Counted from the stretch's first letter, positions 27,526-41,098 are shown. The stretch: 64,000 nt of DNA from Eledone cirrhosa (GCA_964016885.1 OZ024750.1:28644001-28708000), one strand, 5' to 3'. Notes: generated from the letters alone by a model not told the origin. Numbers and translations: made by a program.

Positions 27526-27819
27526 CAGAAGCGTAACTAAGGTATGGCAAGCATGCTACGTGCCATGGGCGTCACATAAAGGGGGCACCACTTGGACTAG
27601 GAGCACGTTCTGTTAAAGTCAAATAAACCTCACCAGAGAGTGAAAAAAGAAACTCCTTCAGATGTAAGATCTGTCTCTATCATGGGTGAGAACTCTATGG
27701 TGGCTGGATCATTAAACCATTTATATAAATTATTAGACCCATAGGTAAAAATACAGTGCTGGGTAGGGGTACAATTTCATTGCTTGCCATGGGCACTATT
27801 TTCCTTAGTTATATCTCTG
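27526..27819. mobile_element. hAT-type MITE
   Basis: TIRs CAGAAGCGTAACTAAGG / CCTTAGTTATATCTCTG. 8-bp TSD GTTGTAGG / GTGGTAGG. Confidence 0.75.
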
Positions 27820-27879
27820 GTGGTAGGGTAACTCTTCTAATAAAAAGGAAGGAAGGAGGGGAAAGGGGAGTGAAGCTAT

Positions 27880-28540
27880 ATGTGGTATAGAGTGATGGTA
27901 GTGTAAGTCGTCTAATAGAAGAGGAGGTAGTGGTATGGAGTGGTGGTAGTGTAAGTCGTCTAATAGAAGAGGAGGTAGTGGTATGGAGTGATGGTAGTGT
28001 AGGTCGTCTAATAGAAGAGGAGGTAGTGGTATGGAGTGGTGGTAGTGTAGGTCGTCTAATAGAAGAGGAGGTAGTGGTATGGAGTGGTGGTAGTGTAGGT
28101 CGTCTAATAGAAGAGGAGGTAGTGGTATGGAGTGGTGGTAGTGTAGGTCGTCTAATAGAAGAGGAGGTAGTGGTATAGAGTGATGGTAGTGTAGGTCGTC
28201 TAATAGAAGAGGATGTAGTGGTATGGAGTGATGGTAGTGAAGTCGTCTAATAGAAGAGGATGTAGTGGTATGGAGTGATGGTAGTGAAGTCATCTAATAG
28301 AAGAGGAGGTAGTGGTATAGAGTGGTGGTAGTGTAAGTCGTCTAATAGAAGAGGAGGTAGTGGTATAGAGTGGTGGTAGTGTAAGTCGTCTAATAGAAGA
28401 GGAGGTAGTGGTATAGAGTGGTGGTAGTGTAAGTCGTCTAATAGAAGAGGAGGTAGTGGTATAGAGTGGTGGTAGTGTAAGTCGTCTAATAGAAGAGGAG
28501 GTAGTGGTATAGAGTGGTGGTAGTGTAGGTCGTCTAATAT
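27880..28540. repeat. 48-bp minisatellite, about 13 copies
   Basis: Unit GTCGTCTAATAGAAGAGGAGGTAGTGGTATGGAGTGGTGGTAGTGTAA. Confidence 0.95.
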
Positions 28541-29293
28541 TAATAGAGAGGAGGGAGGAGAAGGTGTGAGAGGATGGTTGGCAGTGGTATAAAGTGGTGG
28601 TAGGATAACTCGTCTAATAGAAAGGCAGGAGGGGGGGGGGGAAGGAGAAATGGAGGTAGAAGAGGTGTGTGTGGGGGGTGGGGGTGGCAGTAGCATAGAG
28701 TGGTAGTGTAAACAATATCTTGGTTGGCACCTTTGAGGGACAGCAGAAGACAGGGCATGGGAACAGAACGTGGCATATGTTAACACCGGTCATTTTCTTA
28801 CACACTTTATAGACTGAGTGAGTGGGGGAAGAGAGGGGAGCTAACTCAGCTGGGTTAATTATCACACGTATACTGAATCAAGCAGGGTTCACATATCACT
28901 GACACGTGTATAAATTCGGAAGCCTGCACCTGTATATCTGTGCCTATGCTTAAATTATTCCCTTATGGTATTCTCTTACACAGTGTACTGGCTTGCTTGC
29001 ACGTTTGTTTTGTGTAGTGCGTGATGGGTGTGGTGGTGTGGGAGCGCTTACCTCTATGTGTGTGTGGACTTGTGTGAGGGAGTAGGGGCGTGTGTAGACA
29101 TACATATAGACACACATATACATAAACACACACACAAACACACGCACACACATATATAATACGTACAGTTAACAGTTATATAAATATATATATATATATA
29201 TATAATCAGGATAGATTCAGTTTGAAATTAGTTAGATCGTTACTCAAGAGTACTCGATACTTGAGGTAGTAATGTATGGTCATATTACAAAGA

Positions 29294-29810
29294 GTCCCAA
29301 CTCTGATGTCCAGATGTTGGTTCGTGTCCCAACTCTGATGTCCAGATGTGGGTTCGTGTCCAAACTCTGATGTCCAGATGTGAGTTCGTGTCCCAACTCT
29401 GATGTCCAGATGTGGGTTCGTGTCCCAACTCTGATGTCCAGATGTAGGTTCGTGTCCCAACTCTGATGTCCAGATGTGGGTTCGTGTCCCAACTCTGATG
29501 TCCAGATGTGGGTTCGTGTCCCAACTCTGATGTCCAGATGTGAGTTCGTGTCCCAACTCTGATGTCCAGATGTGGGTTCGTGTCCCAACTCTGATGTCCA
29601 GATGTAGGTTCGTGTCCCAACTCTGATGTCCAGATGTGAGTTCGTGTCCCAACTCTGATGTCCAGATGTGGGTTCGTGTCCCAACTCTGATGTCCAGATG
29701 TGAGTTCGTGTCTCAACTCTGATGTCCAGATGTGGGTTCGTGTCCCAACTCTGATGTCCAGATGTGGGTTCGTGTCCCAACTCTGATGTCCAGATGTGAG
29801 TTCGTGTCCC
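29294..29810. repeat. 32-bp minisatellite, about 16 copies
   Basis: Unit GTCCCAACTCTGATGTCCAGATGTGGGTTCGT. Confidence 0.95.
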
Positions 29811-29918
29811 ATGTATGTCAATACTCGTCCTTTTTTCCATTCAGAGGTTCTTTTTTTAAATCCCAACTAACAGACTAATTCTATTTAGTCAAATACTGCG
29901 TAAGCGCATGTTACTACC

Positions 29919-29995
<77 letters not shown>

Positions 29996-30006
29996 TTAAT
30001 ATAGAT

Positions 30007-30059
30007 GAGATTCTACAGGACTAGAACTGTTTCATTCTTTAGAAATCATCAGGAATCTC
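30007..30059 (-). ncRNA. Hammerhead ribozyme (left arm of fold-back 29993-30159)
   Basis: Reverse complement of 30093-30145. Confidence 0.82.
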
Positions 30060-30092
30060 ATGTCAATACTCGTCATGTCAATACTCGTCCAG

Positions 30093-30145
30093 GAGATTCC
30101 TGATGATTTCTAAAGAATGAAACAGTTCTAGTCCTGTAGAATCTC
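30093..30145 (+). ncRNA. Type I hammerhead ribozyme with complete stem III
   Basis: GAGATTC-CTGATGA-tTTC(taaa)GAAt-GAA-ACAG(ttctagtc)CTGT-A-GAATCTC, GUA site. Confidence 0.85.
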
Positions 30146-30333
30146 ATCTATATTAAAACTTTTATACTCTGCAATGTATTGAGTACCTTACTTACTGTGG
30201 TTACCTCCGATTCAACCCGGAATAACGTAAATATATATATATATATAATAAAAAATTGAACGGGAACAAAACAGAGAGGCAGTACGAACAAAGGTTTATT
30301 AGTTTCACGCTCTTGAGAGTGGGGTGGTGGTGG

Positions 30334-30378
30334 GGAACGACGTTTCGGGCATAAGCCCTTCTTCAGGAAGAGAGTTCC
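30334..30378 (-). ncRNA. Classic Penelope-type minimal hammerhead in a PLE 3' remnant
   Basis: Minus strand CTGAAGA-aGGGC(ttat)GCCC-GAA-ACGT-C. Stem I is irregular (GGAAC...GTTCC). The tail runs into TA at about 30245. Confidence 0.7.
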
Positions 30379-30981
30379 AATGGTGTGTAGGGGAGTGGTG
30401 GAGAGACATATATAAAAAAGGGGGTGAGAGGAAATGGTACAAATTAAATTAAATATAAAAGCATAATAAAAATAAAAATAAACATGAAGTAAAACAGGTG
30501 GTGGAAGGATGTGGGGCGTGTAGGGGTGGTGGCGGGTGGAGTGGGGAGAGGGAGGCGGGGTGTCCGAGCGGGGAGGGCTGAAGGTGGTGTGTGTGTGTAG
30601 GTGTACGTGTGTGTGTGTGTGTGTATGTGAAAGTAAGAGTTGGGGGAAGAACGGGGTTGCATGTTCAGGAAGAGGTGTGTGTGGGGTGGGGTGTAGGTCG
30701 GCGTGTGTGGATGGGGATGGGTCAGTGGGGTGGGGTGGGGGGAGAATGCCGGAGGCTGAGTGTGTAAATATGTGGTGGTACGCACGTGTGTGTGTGTGGT
30801 GTTTATGCGTGTTGTGGATGTAGGTGGCGTGTGGGAAAATAATATTTTGAGTGTATGTCAGTATATATATATATATATATGCGTGTATGTGTGTGTATAT
30901 GTGTGTGTGTGTATATGTGTATATATTTATGTGTGTGTGTATATATATGTGTGTTATGTGTATACATGTGTGTCTGTGTGT

Positions 30982-31013
<32 letters not shown>

Positions 31014-31266
31014 TGATAGTGAAGGCGTGTGGCTGAGTGGTTAGAGAATTGGAATCGCAATCGTAAGGTTGTGAGTTCGATTCCTGGACCAGGTGATGCG
31101 TTATGTCCTTGAGCAAGACACTTTATTTCACGTTGCTCCTTCTACCTGGAGTTGCGACCGATAGATAGTATTAGCAATTGGAAAGACCAACGGAAACATT
31201 GTTACCTCGGTCCGATTTGACGAAAGTCGATCGATCTCTTTCTTTCTATATATATATATGCGTGTA

Positions 31267-31304
<38 letters not shown>

Positions 31305-31559
31305 TATATATTTGTGTGTGTGTGTGTGTGTATATATATATGTGTGTTATATGTGTATACATGTGTGTGTGTGTGTATGTATATACATATATATATATAT
31401 ATCTAAATTTGGTAGTTCAGCACTAGGCAGAATTGATCATTCTGCAATGTTAACTTGATGTAACTCATCTACCTTTGATGTTGAAACCTGCTGGTGATGC
31501 GGGAATGGAGTTAAATATTGTATTTTAGAGTAAACTGACAGAAGGCATGATAGGTTGTA

Positions 31560-31670
31560 TTCCCTCAATTATTTATTTCTGCAATATACACCTGATGATG
31601 TCACCAAGTTCATACGTAACCTGGCCACTGAAATGTGCATAGTGTTTGCAGAAATAGATAATTGAGGGAA
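31560..31670 (+). ncRNA. Hammerhead ribozyme with stem I extended to about 28 bp
   Basis: TTCCCTCAATTATTTATTTCTGCAAtatACAC-CTGATGA-(stem II)-GAA-ATGTGCAT-A-GTGTTTGCAGAAATAGATAATTGAGGGAA. Confidence 0.72.
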
Positions 31671-31705
31671 TTCCCCATGCCTGACCTCCTGTCATTTTAC
31701 TCAAT

Positions 31706-31712
31706 AATATAG

Positions 31713-31776
<64 letters not shown>

Positions 31777-31846
31777 TATAATATATATATATATTATATA
31801 TATATAATATATATATATAATATATATATAATATATATATATATAT

Positions 31847-31896
<50 letters not shown>

Positions 31897-31921
31897 TATT
31901 ATATATATAATATATATATAT

Positions 31922-31952
<31 letters not shown>

Positions 31953-32053
31953 ATATATATATATAATATATATATAATATATATATATATATTATATATA
32001 ATATATATATATAATATATATATATATATAATATATATATATATATAATATAT

Positions 32054-32101
<48 letters not shown>

Positions 32102-32132
32102 TATAATATATATATTATATATAATATATATA

Positions 32133-32176
<44 letters not shown>
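31706..32176. repeat. (TA)n microsatellite
   Basis: Directly visible. Confidence 0.95.
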
Positions 32177-32179
<3 letters not shown>

Positions 32180-32610
32180 TGTATGTATAGTATATTTGGC
32201 AATATACTGTATGTTTAATTAAAAACATTTAGAAGACCATTCGCTATCAGTTTTAAAGTAGTGACTATGTCACTTACTTATATATTCGGCAAGGGCTGGG
32301 AGAGTGGCTGACAACTGTTTCTCGTTGCTTGGCGTTTATCAAAGCCATGTACTCACCTGTTTTTGACAAAAATTATAGAAGCTGGATTCTTATAGAATTC
32401 CAGTAATAATCAGGAGCTGATTACACCGAGCTATTGCCGGTCCAACAAAAATTAGGTATTAGGATTGGTGCTCTGAAATAGCGATGTATACATGAATGTA
32501 TGTATAGTATATGTATAGTATATTTGGCAATATAGCGTATGTTTAATTAAAAACATTTAGAAGACCATTCGCTATCAGTTTTAATGCAGTGAATATGTCA
32601 CTTACTATTA
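32180..32610 (-). mobile_element. Terminally redundant (about 1.3-mer, 328-bp period) HHR-bearing element
   Basis: Direct repeat of about 100 bp (TATATTTGGC at 32191 and 32519) enclosing an HHR. Confidence 0.65.
32305..32347 (-). ncRNA. Hammerhead ribozyme, U3-A8 variant, weak stem II
   Basis: Minus strand TGGCT-TTGATAA-acgccaagcaacga-GAA-ACAGTTGT-C-AGCCA. Confidence 0.65.
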
Positions 32611-32933
32611 ATGGCTGGTGATTTCGAACGAACGATAAAATTTTTAGTTATATCAAAATCATGGGGCTCCCCGCAGATAGCTGACGAAAAACGTGATGAT
32701 TCTATTTGTTTGCTTTCCTCCTATTTTCCAATATATGTTGCTTTCGTATGTGTTGAAATTATTAATCTCTCTCCCTCCCTCTCCCATTCTCTCTCTCACT
32801 CTCTCTCTCTCTCTCCCTACCTCTTACACTGTATGTATATAAAATGTTTAAAATTACCTATAACCATTCTGTGCAGTCCCAGTTTTTTTCATATTTCAAC
32901 TAGTGTAGAAGTAAATATATAATTTTATTATGA

Positions 32934-33310
<377 letters not shown>

Positions 33311-33330
33311 CTCTCTCTCTCTCTCTCACA

Positions 33331-33391
<61 letters not shown>

Positions 33392-33801
33392 GCACACACA
33401 CACACCCTTTATTGAGTTCTCTTTATATATATATATATAGAGAGAGAGATGTATTTAATTGTCTCATATAAAATAATACAACTCATAGTCTACAAATGGC
33501 TGCGATAGCTGGCACCTTCAAAATTTGCAAAACATTCTTGCGATTCAAGGGATGACAATTTCTTTTCTTTTACAACCTTGCCACCAGGAAGGTGGCCGGT
33601 CAAAAAAATATACTCGAAATTAAGAGAAAGAGATAACATACATACATTTATAATATATGCACGAACATATGCAAATGCTTTTGGCTAGTAAGATATATAT
33701 TTTACATGACTAAAAGTACTTACCCACCTTTCCACCGTGTGCACTGGTCAGAAGGCGAATTTCTTCTTCTTCTTCTTCTTCTTCTTCTTAACCTTTTGTT
33801 T

Positions 33802-33849
33802 ACGCGTCACGTCACGTCACGTCGGGTCACCTCACGTCACGTCACGTCA
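33802..33849. promoter_or_regulatory. (CGTCA)n cluster of CRE/ATF half-sites, possibly regulatory
   Basis: ACGCGTCACGTCACGTCACGTC...CACGTCACGTCACGTCA in a non-repetitive island. A minus-strand donor G|GTAAGT lies at 33723. Confidence 0.25.
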
Positions 33850-34117
33850 GACCCTAAGAAAACACCCCCCACATATTTGACCCACCCCCTTCACCTACCT
33901 CAGCCACCCACCCAACTACCCGACAAGTTCAAGTGACATTTACCACAGGTGTTTCTTAATCGACACGAAATACCTTAACTTTAGAACGGAAGAAGCTGTT
34001 TTGCTAAGCACGCGTCTCAGACACACTTCAACAAAGCCTGGCTTCTTTTTACCTGAGCTGGTCATAACCTCACCTTTCTTAAGGAAACAGGGGAATCTAA
34101 ACCATCCTTTGTGACTA

Positions 34118-34161
<44 letters not shown>

Positions 34162-34220
34162 TCCTCTCTCTCTCTCTCTGTCTCTCTGTCTCTCTCTCTC
34201 TGTCTCTCTCTCTCTCTCTC

Positions 34221-34268
<48 letters not shown>

Positions 34269-34450
34269 CCTGCCTGCGGTCTGTTTGCGCTACACATGTA
34301 CACGTGTGCATATCTTCCTCTGTATGGATGTGTGCGTGCGTGTGTACACGTATGTGCGTGTGCGTGTGTGTGTGTACACCGTGTGGGTGTGAATGATATC
34401 TGCATGTTTGTATGAGTATGTGCGTACGCATTTACACGTGTGCATATGTA

Positions 34451-34492
<42 letters not shown>

Positions 34493-34494
34493 AA

Positions 34495-34644
34495 ATTATC
34501 GAGATTCGCATTTCGGCCCACGAAATAACGAAAAACAACCTCCGAGATGTGTGTCAAGTGCTCAATGATTCAGATGAACCAGAGCTATAACATACGTTAA
34601 AGGCCAAACACACTGAGACGATGGTTAAACAATCATCCGCACAA

Positions 34645-34647
<3 letters not shown>
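34495..34647. repeat. Dispersed repeat, with an inverted homolog at about 61648-61805
   Basis: ACGTTAAAGGCCAAACACACTGAGA is shared in reverse complement. Confidence 0.65.
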
Positions 34648-34682
<35 letters not shown>

Positions 34683-34686
<4 letters not shown>

Positions 34687-34872
34687 GTTTCTACTTTAGG
34701 CACAAGGCCAGCAATTACCCAGTGCATTACTGGTACTTTATTTTATCGACCCAGTAAAGATGAAAGCAAAGTCAACCTCGGCGGGATTTGAACTCAAATC
34801 GTAAAGGGACGTAACTATGCTGGAAAGCATGGCGTCCGACCCTCTACCGATACTGCCAATCCACCACCGCCC
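34683..34872 (-). mobile_element. SINE copy
   Basis: Family consensus match. Confidence 0.85.
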
Positions 34873-35024
34873 TATATATATATATATAATGATAGCGTAC
34901 CAAAATTTTTGGTACCCTTGAAATATATATATATATACACGTTTATATCAGTGTGTGTGTGTGTGTGTGTATATACATACACGTTCATATCAGTGTGTGT
35001 GTGTATATATACACGTTCATATCA

Positions 35025-35067
<43 letters not shown>

Positions 35068-35131
35068 GTGTGTGTGTATGTGTGTTACTACAGCTACTAC
35101 TACCACCACTACAGTCACAACTACTATTATC

Positions 35132-35162
<31 letters not shown>

Positions 35163-35306
35163 AGTGGTACTGGTTTTATTTTTTTAACATTCTGAGTTCA
35201 AATTCCTCCGAGATCAACATTACCTTTTATCCCCCCGTGGGTCAATAAATACGTTTCCTGCCAGGTAATGGAACCAACTTAATCGATTAACAATTCACCG
35301 CTCAAA

Positions 35307-35965
35307 TTCTTCTTATTCTTCTTCGTATTATTCTTTTTCTTTTTCTTCTTTTTCTTCTTTTTCTTCTTTTTCTCTTCTTTTTCTTCTTTTTCTTCTTTTT
35401 CTTCTTTTTCTTCTTTTCCTTTTTCTTTTTTCGTTTTTTTTTTCTCTTTTCTTTTTTTTTCTTTTTTTTCTTTTTTCTTTCTTTTTTTTTCGTTTTTTTT
35501 CTTTTTCTTCTTTTTCTTCTTTTTCTTCTTTTTCTTCTTTTTCTTCTTTTTCTTCTTTTTCTTCTTTTTCTTTTTCTTCTTTTTCTTCTTCGCCCACATA
35601 TTCCTGAGAGGGTCGTGGAGGGAAGAGTCTTCAAGAACTCCTTCCAGCGAGAGCAGTCCTGTCAGAAGCAACCGTCTCCAACTGATCCGGTTAGATCCCC
35701 AAGCGTAACCGGCCAAATTCATGGATGTTATCCAACCATCTTGCTCGGGGGTCTACCCCTGGGTCTCCTGCCAGTTGGTTTTGCCCGTAAAATCTGCCCA
35801 GCAATTCTTTCCCGAGACATTATAACCACATGCCCATAGTATCGGAGCTATGAACTCTCAATTCGGAGAAGTAGCGGCTCTACCTGGAGGGACTCTCTGA
35901 TCTCCGAGCTACGCACGTTACTCCAAAGACCCTTCAGAAGAATCCCATTTCGGCCGCTTGTATCT
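35307..35965 (-). mobile_element. RTE LINE 3' fragment with expanded (GAA/GAAAAA) tail (35307-35590)
   Basis: Homologous to 5815-6265 and 37897-38228. Confidence 0.85.
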
Positions 35966-37896
35966 GTTACAAATAATTGTTATAATTACTAGTATAGAAG
36001 TTATAATTTTACTGGCTGAATATAGTTTCGTTTCTTTATCTTATTTTAACAAAGCTAGGTTTGTGAAATGTATATTAACTACCAACACAAGCTCTAATTA
36101 TATGCAAATTAGTAGTATGACCATTTCAGAATGCTACTAAGAGGGAATGGTTATATAAGCCTATGAAATATGTGTCTCCTTGTGGTTGTTTTGGATAATA
36201 TACATGAGGGGCCAACTAGGTCCGAAAATCGATTTTTTTTAATTTACAAGGAAATTCGTTTTTTCTGGCATATTTACATGCATAATATACATTGGTGCAG
36301 TCTCGGTTACACACTCTGTATATATACAGGTATAACTTCGCGTGTGTGTAGAACAATGAAAACAAGACAGAAGTCAGACGTAGGTAGTTAATTAGTTCAT
36401 TGCTTGAGAGGGTCGATTGATCGTGAAAGATCGATGTATCGACTAGCATGGTAGTGGTTAGGTTGCTACCTATTTCTAGTCTCTAAATTCCTGTTCGATC
36501 GACCGTCTTCTTCAGAAATACATATACGAAATATATATATATATATATAACAAAGAAAGTATGGTAAGAAACCAGGTGGACCTTAACGCACCAGAGTATT
36601 CGATACTTAGGGTAGTAGAGTGGATAATAGGAAAAGAGTCAGGACCCCAACGGCTGAGCTCCGGCCGTTTCGGCAGCTAGATCCGAATTGTTCGGACCTT
36701 TGTCTTAAGGTACAACTCATTTTTGACAGCTGATTAGACTGGAGTAATATGAAGTAAAGTGTCTTGCTCAAGGACAAAACATACCACCGGAAATTGAACA
36801 CATGACCTTACGATTGAGAGATTAAATTGACAAATAAGAGAAGGAGAGAAAGAGATAGGAAAGGGTGAGGGGGGGTTAATTTAAACAAGAAATAAAATAA
36901 AGAAATTTTTTACCCGGAAGTTAATTTGTATTTTATATTTCATTGCGCTTAAAACAAGAAATTAGACCCAGGAAACATATTTTCGTTGAAGTTTTCAAAC
37001 CATTAGACTGGAGCTCCTTATCTTTTAATGCCTAAAATCATTAAAACTATATCTACTTGCTTTTTTTCTAATATTGAAATCGTTTAAAGAAATCCTCCGA
37101 GATTTGTGTACAGAAAGTTTCAATTCCAAATAATGAAAGATATGGAAACATTCATTTAAGATGCTTTTACATAAACACTATGTTTTCCTTACTTCTTTAC
37201 TTCAATCTTGGTTTTTTTTTTCGTGTGTCGCTGTGTGTCTGTGTGCGTGTCTCTGTGTGCTTTTATGTGTGCGCCTGTGTGTGTCTGTGTGTGTGAGTCT
37301 GTGTGCGTGAATCTATGTATGTGTGTGTATGTGTGCGCCTGTTGTGTGTGTCTGCGTGTGTGTGTGTGTGTGTGCGTGTCTGTGTATGAATGTGTGCGCC
37401 TGTTGTGTGTGTATCTGCGTGTCTGTGTGTGTATGTGTGCGCCTGTGTGTCTTTGTGTCTGTGTGTCTGAGTCTGTGTGTGTATGTGTGCTCCCGTGTGT
37501 GGGTATTTCTGTATTTATCCCAATCTAACGTTTCTCCATTCCTACCCTTATTTTTTTTTTATCTAAGATTTTCATACTTTCTCTTATCTTTGTTTCTGTC
37601 AATTTTTTTTTTTTAAATAATTTCTTAATTTCACTTTTTTGTGAGTTTTTCCTTGATATTTTTATCCTACATGTATTTTGTTTTTAGAATTCTCATTTTT
37701 TTTCCTTAACCCTTCTGTTACTAAACCTTCGAAATTCATCTGTGGTTCTACAATCCGAAACTGATTGTTTTAAAGTGTTTATATTTATCTAAAACTTTTC
37801 CATCATAATGTAAGAAATTTTAAGCCATACTCCAAGTATCAGCTAAAAATTAGAAAATGAATTTATTAAATCCCCCACTGTCATATTTTTTATCTC

Positions 37897-38228
37897 CTTC
37901 TTCTTCTTCGCCCACTTATTCCTGGGGGGGGGGGGGGTCAAGGGGGCAGCTTATCCAGCTGGATCCCCAAGCATGACCAGCCAAGCTCATGGATGTTATC
38001 GAACCATCTTATTCGGGGTCTACCCCTGGGTCTCCTACCTGTTGGTTTTGCCCATAAAATCTGTCCAGCAATTCTTTCCTGAAACATTCTAACCACATGC
38101 CCAAAGTATCGGAGAAGTAGCGGCTCTACCTGGAGTGACTCTCTGATCTCCGAGCTACGTACTTTATCGAGTAACCTTACTCCAAAGACCCTTCTGAGGA
38201 ATCCCATTTCGGCCACTTGTATTCGCGA
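37897..38228 (-). mobile_element. RTE LINE 3' fragment
   Basis: AEMGFLRRVFGVRLLDKVRSSEIRESLQVEPLLLRYFGHVVRM...PTGRRPRGRPRIRWFDNI. Confidence 0.88.
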
Positions 38229-38914
38229 CTATTACTTTTTAAATTATTTGAAGATTATGAACAGTAACTTTCATTAGCAATGTGGTACTGAATGAATTAA
38301 AAATGATATGTTTCTTTATTAGCCACAGGGGCACAAAATATGGGGACAAATACAAAGGGGGAAGTTTACATACAATAAAAACGTGTAAAATACTATGACT
38401 AATACAATTTAAAAGTTAATCGATTTTCCCCAATAGGGGGAGACATTACATATGGGTAACACATACCCCCCGAAAAAAATGTGCAACCCTCATCTCCAGG
38501 AGTACGAAGAGTTTGTACCCCTTTCCTCTCCTCCTCTTTTTCCTCAATTTACAGACTGATAATGAAAGAATTATATATAGTACCAATAGAAATAAAATTC
38601 TTCCTATTTTTTAATCTTCATTCTTATCTGTTCTCTCTTCTGGTGTTTAATTAATGCCCCTTCATAAATTATATCTAATTAGATAGGAAAATTCCATGGT
38701 AATGACTCACATTCAGGATGTATAAAAACAGAATTTACTAGCTCATCTCTGATGAAGTAAAAATATTATCAAAGGTTTTTCTATAGATATCATCTCATCA
38801 TTTGTCAGTCATAGTGTACCTAGGTGAGACATAAAACTTATTTGAGATTCAAAGACATCGGCTACTGTAACTACAGACGAACATATTGAGATATTGTCAA
38901 TGTTTTTCTTATCG

Positions 38915-39981
38915 ACACTACAAATTAATATACTAGTTTGTACCACCATAGTCACTATTATTAATAGCTAGTTTGTACCACCATAGTCACTAGAAATTAA
39001 TATACTAGTTTGTATATTATTAATATACTAGTTTGTACCACCATAGTCACTACAAATTAATATACTAGTTTGTACCACCATAGTCACTATTATTAATAGC
39101 TAGTTTGTACTACCATAGTCACTACAAATTAATATACTAGTTTGTACCACCATAGTCACTACAAATTAATATACTAGTTGTACCACCATAGTCACTATTA
39201 TTAATATACTAGTTTGTACCACCATAGTCACTATTATTAATATACTAGTTTGTACCACCATAGTCACTATTATTAATAGCTAGTTTGTACCACCATAGTC
39301 ACTAGAAATTAATATACTAGTTTGTATATTATTAATATACTAGTTTGTACCACCATAGTCACTACAAATTAATATACTAGTTTGTACCACCATAGTCACT
39401 ATTATTAATAGCTAGTTTGTACTACCATAGTCACTACAAATTAATATACTAGTTTGTACCACCATAGTCACTACAAATTAATATACTAGTTGTACCACCA
39501 TAGTCACTATTATTAATATACTAGTTTGTACCACCATAGTCACTATTATTAATATACTAGTTTGTACCACCATAGTCACTATTATTAATATACTAGTTTG
39601 TACCACCATAGTCACTATTATTAATATACTAGTTTGTACCACCATAGTCACTATTATTAATAGCTAGTTTGTACCACCATAGTCACTATTATTAATATAC
39701 TAGTTTGTACCACCATAGTCACTATTATTAATAGCTAGTTTGTACTACCATAGTCACTACTATTAATATACTAGTTGTACCACCATAGTCACTATTATTA
39801 ATAGCTAGTTTGTACTACCATAGTCACTACTATTAATATACTAGTTGTACCACCATAGTCACTATTATTAATATACTAGTTTGTACCACCATAGTCACTA
39901 CTATTAATATACTAGTTGTACCACCATAGTCACTACTCTTAATATGCTAGTTTGTACTACCATAGTCACTACTATTAATAT
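38915..39981. repeat. 36-bp minisatellite with a 312-bp higher-order duplication
   Basis: Unit TACTAGTTTGTACCACCATAGTCACTATTATTAATA. A variant block recurs at 38991 and 39303. Confidence 0.93.
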
Positions 39982-40274
39982 CTGTCGCTATACGTAAAAG
40001 GAGAGTAAGATTTGCTGGCCACTGCCATCGTGCCACCTATGAGGCTGTGTTCCCATTAGTGCTTTGGAAACCACAAGCAGTCACTAATAACAGGGGGTGA
40101 AAACTCTCCTATCCCGATGTCATCTCCAGAGATTCTGGTATTGAAATCCAGGACTTGGCAACGGCGACAGACCTACGTGGAGATCAATTGTAGAGTCAAT
40201 TGTCATTAATAAATCTATCATTTTTCAATTTGTTTTTATCATCCTGTTGTTTAAAGTTTGAGAAGTTGAGATAG

Positions 40275-40600
40275 ACTGTACATTGTACTGTACATTTACA
40301 GGTAGATTACATACTGTACTGTAAATTTACAGGTAGATTACATACTGTACTGTAAATTTACATGTAGATTACATACTGTATTATAAATTTACAGGTAAAC
40401 TACATACTGTACTGTAAATTTACAGGTAGATTACATACAGTACTGAAATGAACATGTAAATCTCAAAACTGTAAGTATACAGGTAGAGTGAATTATAATC
40501 CGTAAATGTACAGGTGGAATACACCGTAAGCTGTAACTGCATATGTAGACTACACTTAATTGTAAATGTACAGGTAGACTTCACGCTAAAGTGATACATT
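40275..40600. repeat. 31-bp decaying minisatellite
   Basis: Unit TGTAAATTTACAGGTAGATTACATACTGTAC. Confidence 0.85.
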
Positions 40601-41098
40601 TATCTAATAAATATGCATGTGAGCTTGAAACTCAATAAATTTATATAATTTCCCATACCTCTCCCCATTTCCCATACCTCTCCTCATTTCCCATGCCTCT
40701 CCCCATTTCACGTGCTTACGCTACAAACATTGTTTCATTACGAAACTACATCTATTCACACTGTCTCATTTCTAATTATATCCAACAAATCACTTATTGT
40801 TAGTTGAGCCTACACATCTTAGCTCAGTCGTTCCTTGAATTATATAATTCCTTTCTCAAATATTCAACACCAAATGTCTTCCGTAGTAACGGCAGCTTAA
40901 GAACGACTCAACATATTCTATTTATTTGCAGTCCAATCATCTCTAACACCCCCCCCCCCACCCCCACCACCCACCCACACACAATCTATCCACTCACCCT
41001 CTCTCTATATATATATATAATAAGGAGTTGACGGCCCCATCATATTTATCAATATATATATATATTGATTTGATTATCAATATTAGTATTATTGGGCA

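Noticed and set aside
31019-31095. tRNA gene
   Set aside because: It has A/B boxes but continues into a SINE body and the acceptor stem does not pair, so it is a SINE head.
37706-38300. piggyBac-like TTAACCC... element interrupted by the RTE copy (similar starts near 42689 and 51337)
   Set aside because: The right terminus is too decayed to confirm TIRs by eye.
38745-38895. CTGATGA at about 38749 (and at about 7957) as hammerheads
   Set aside because: No properly placed GAAA or stem II could be built.
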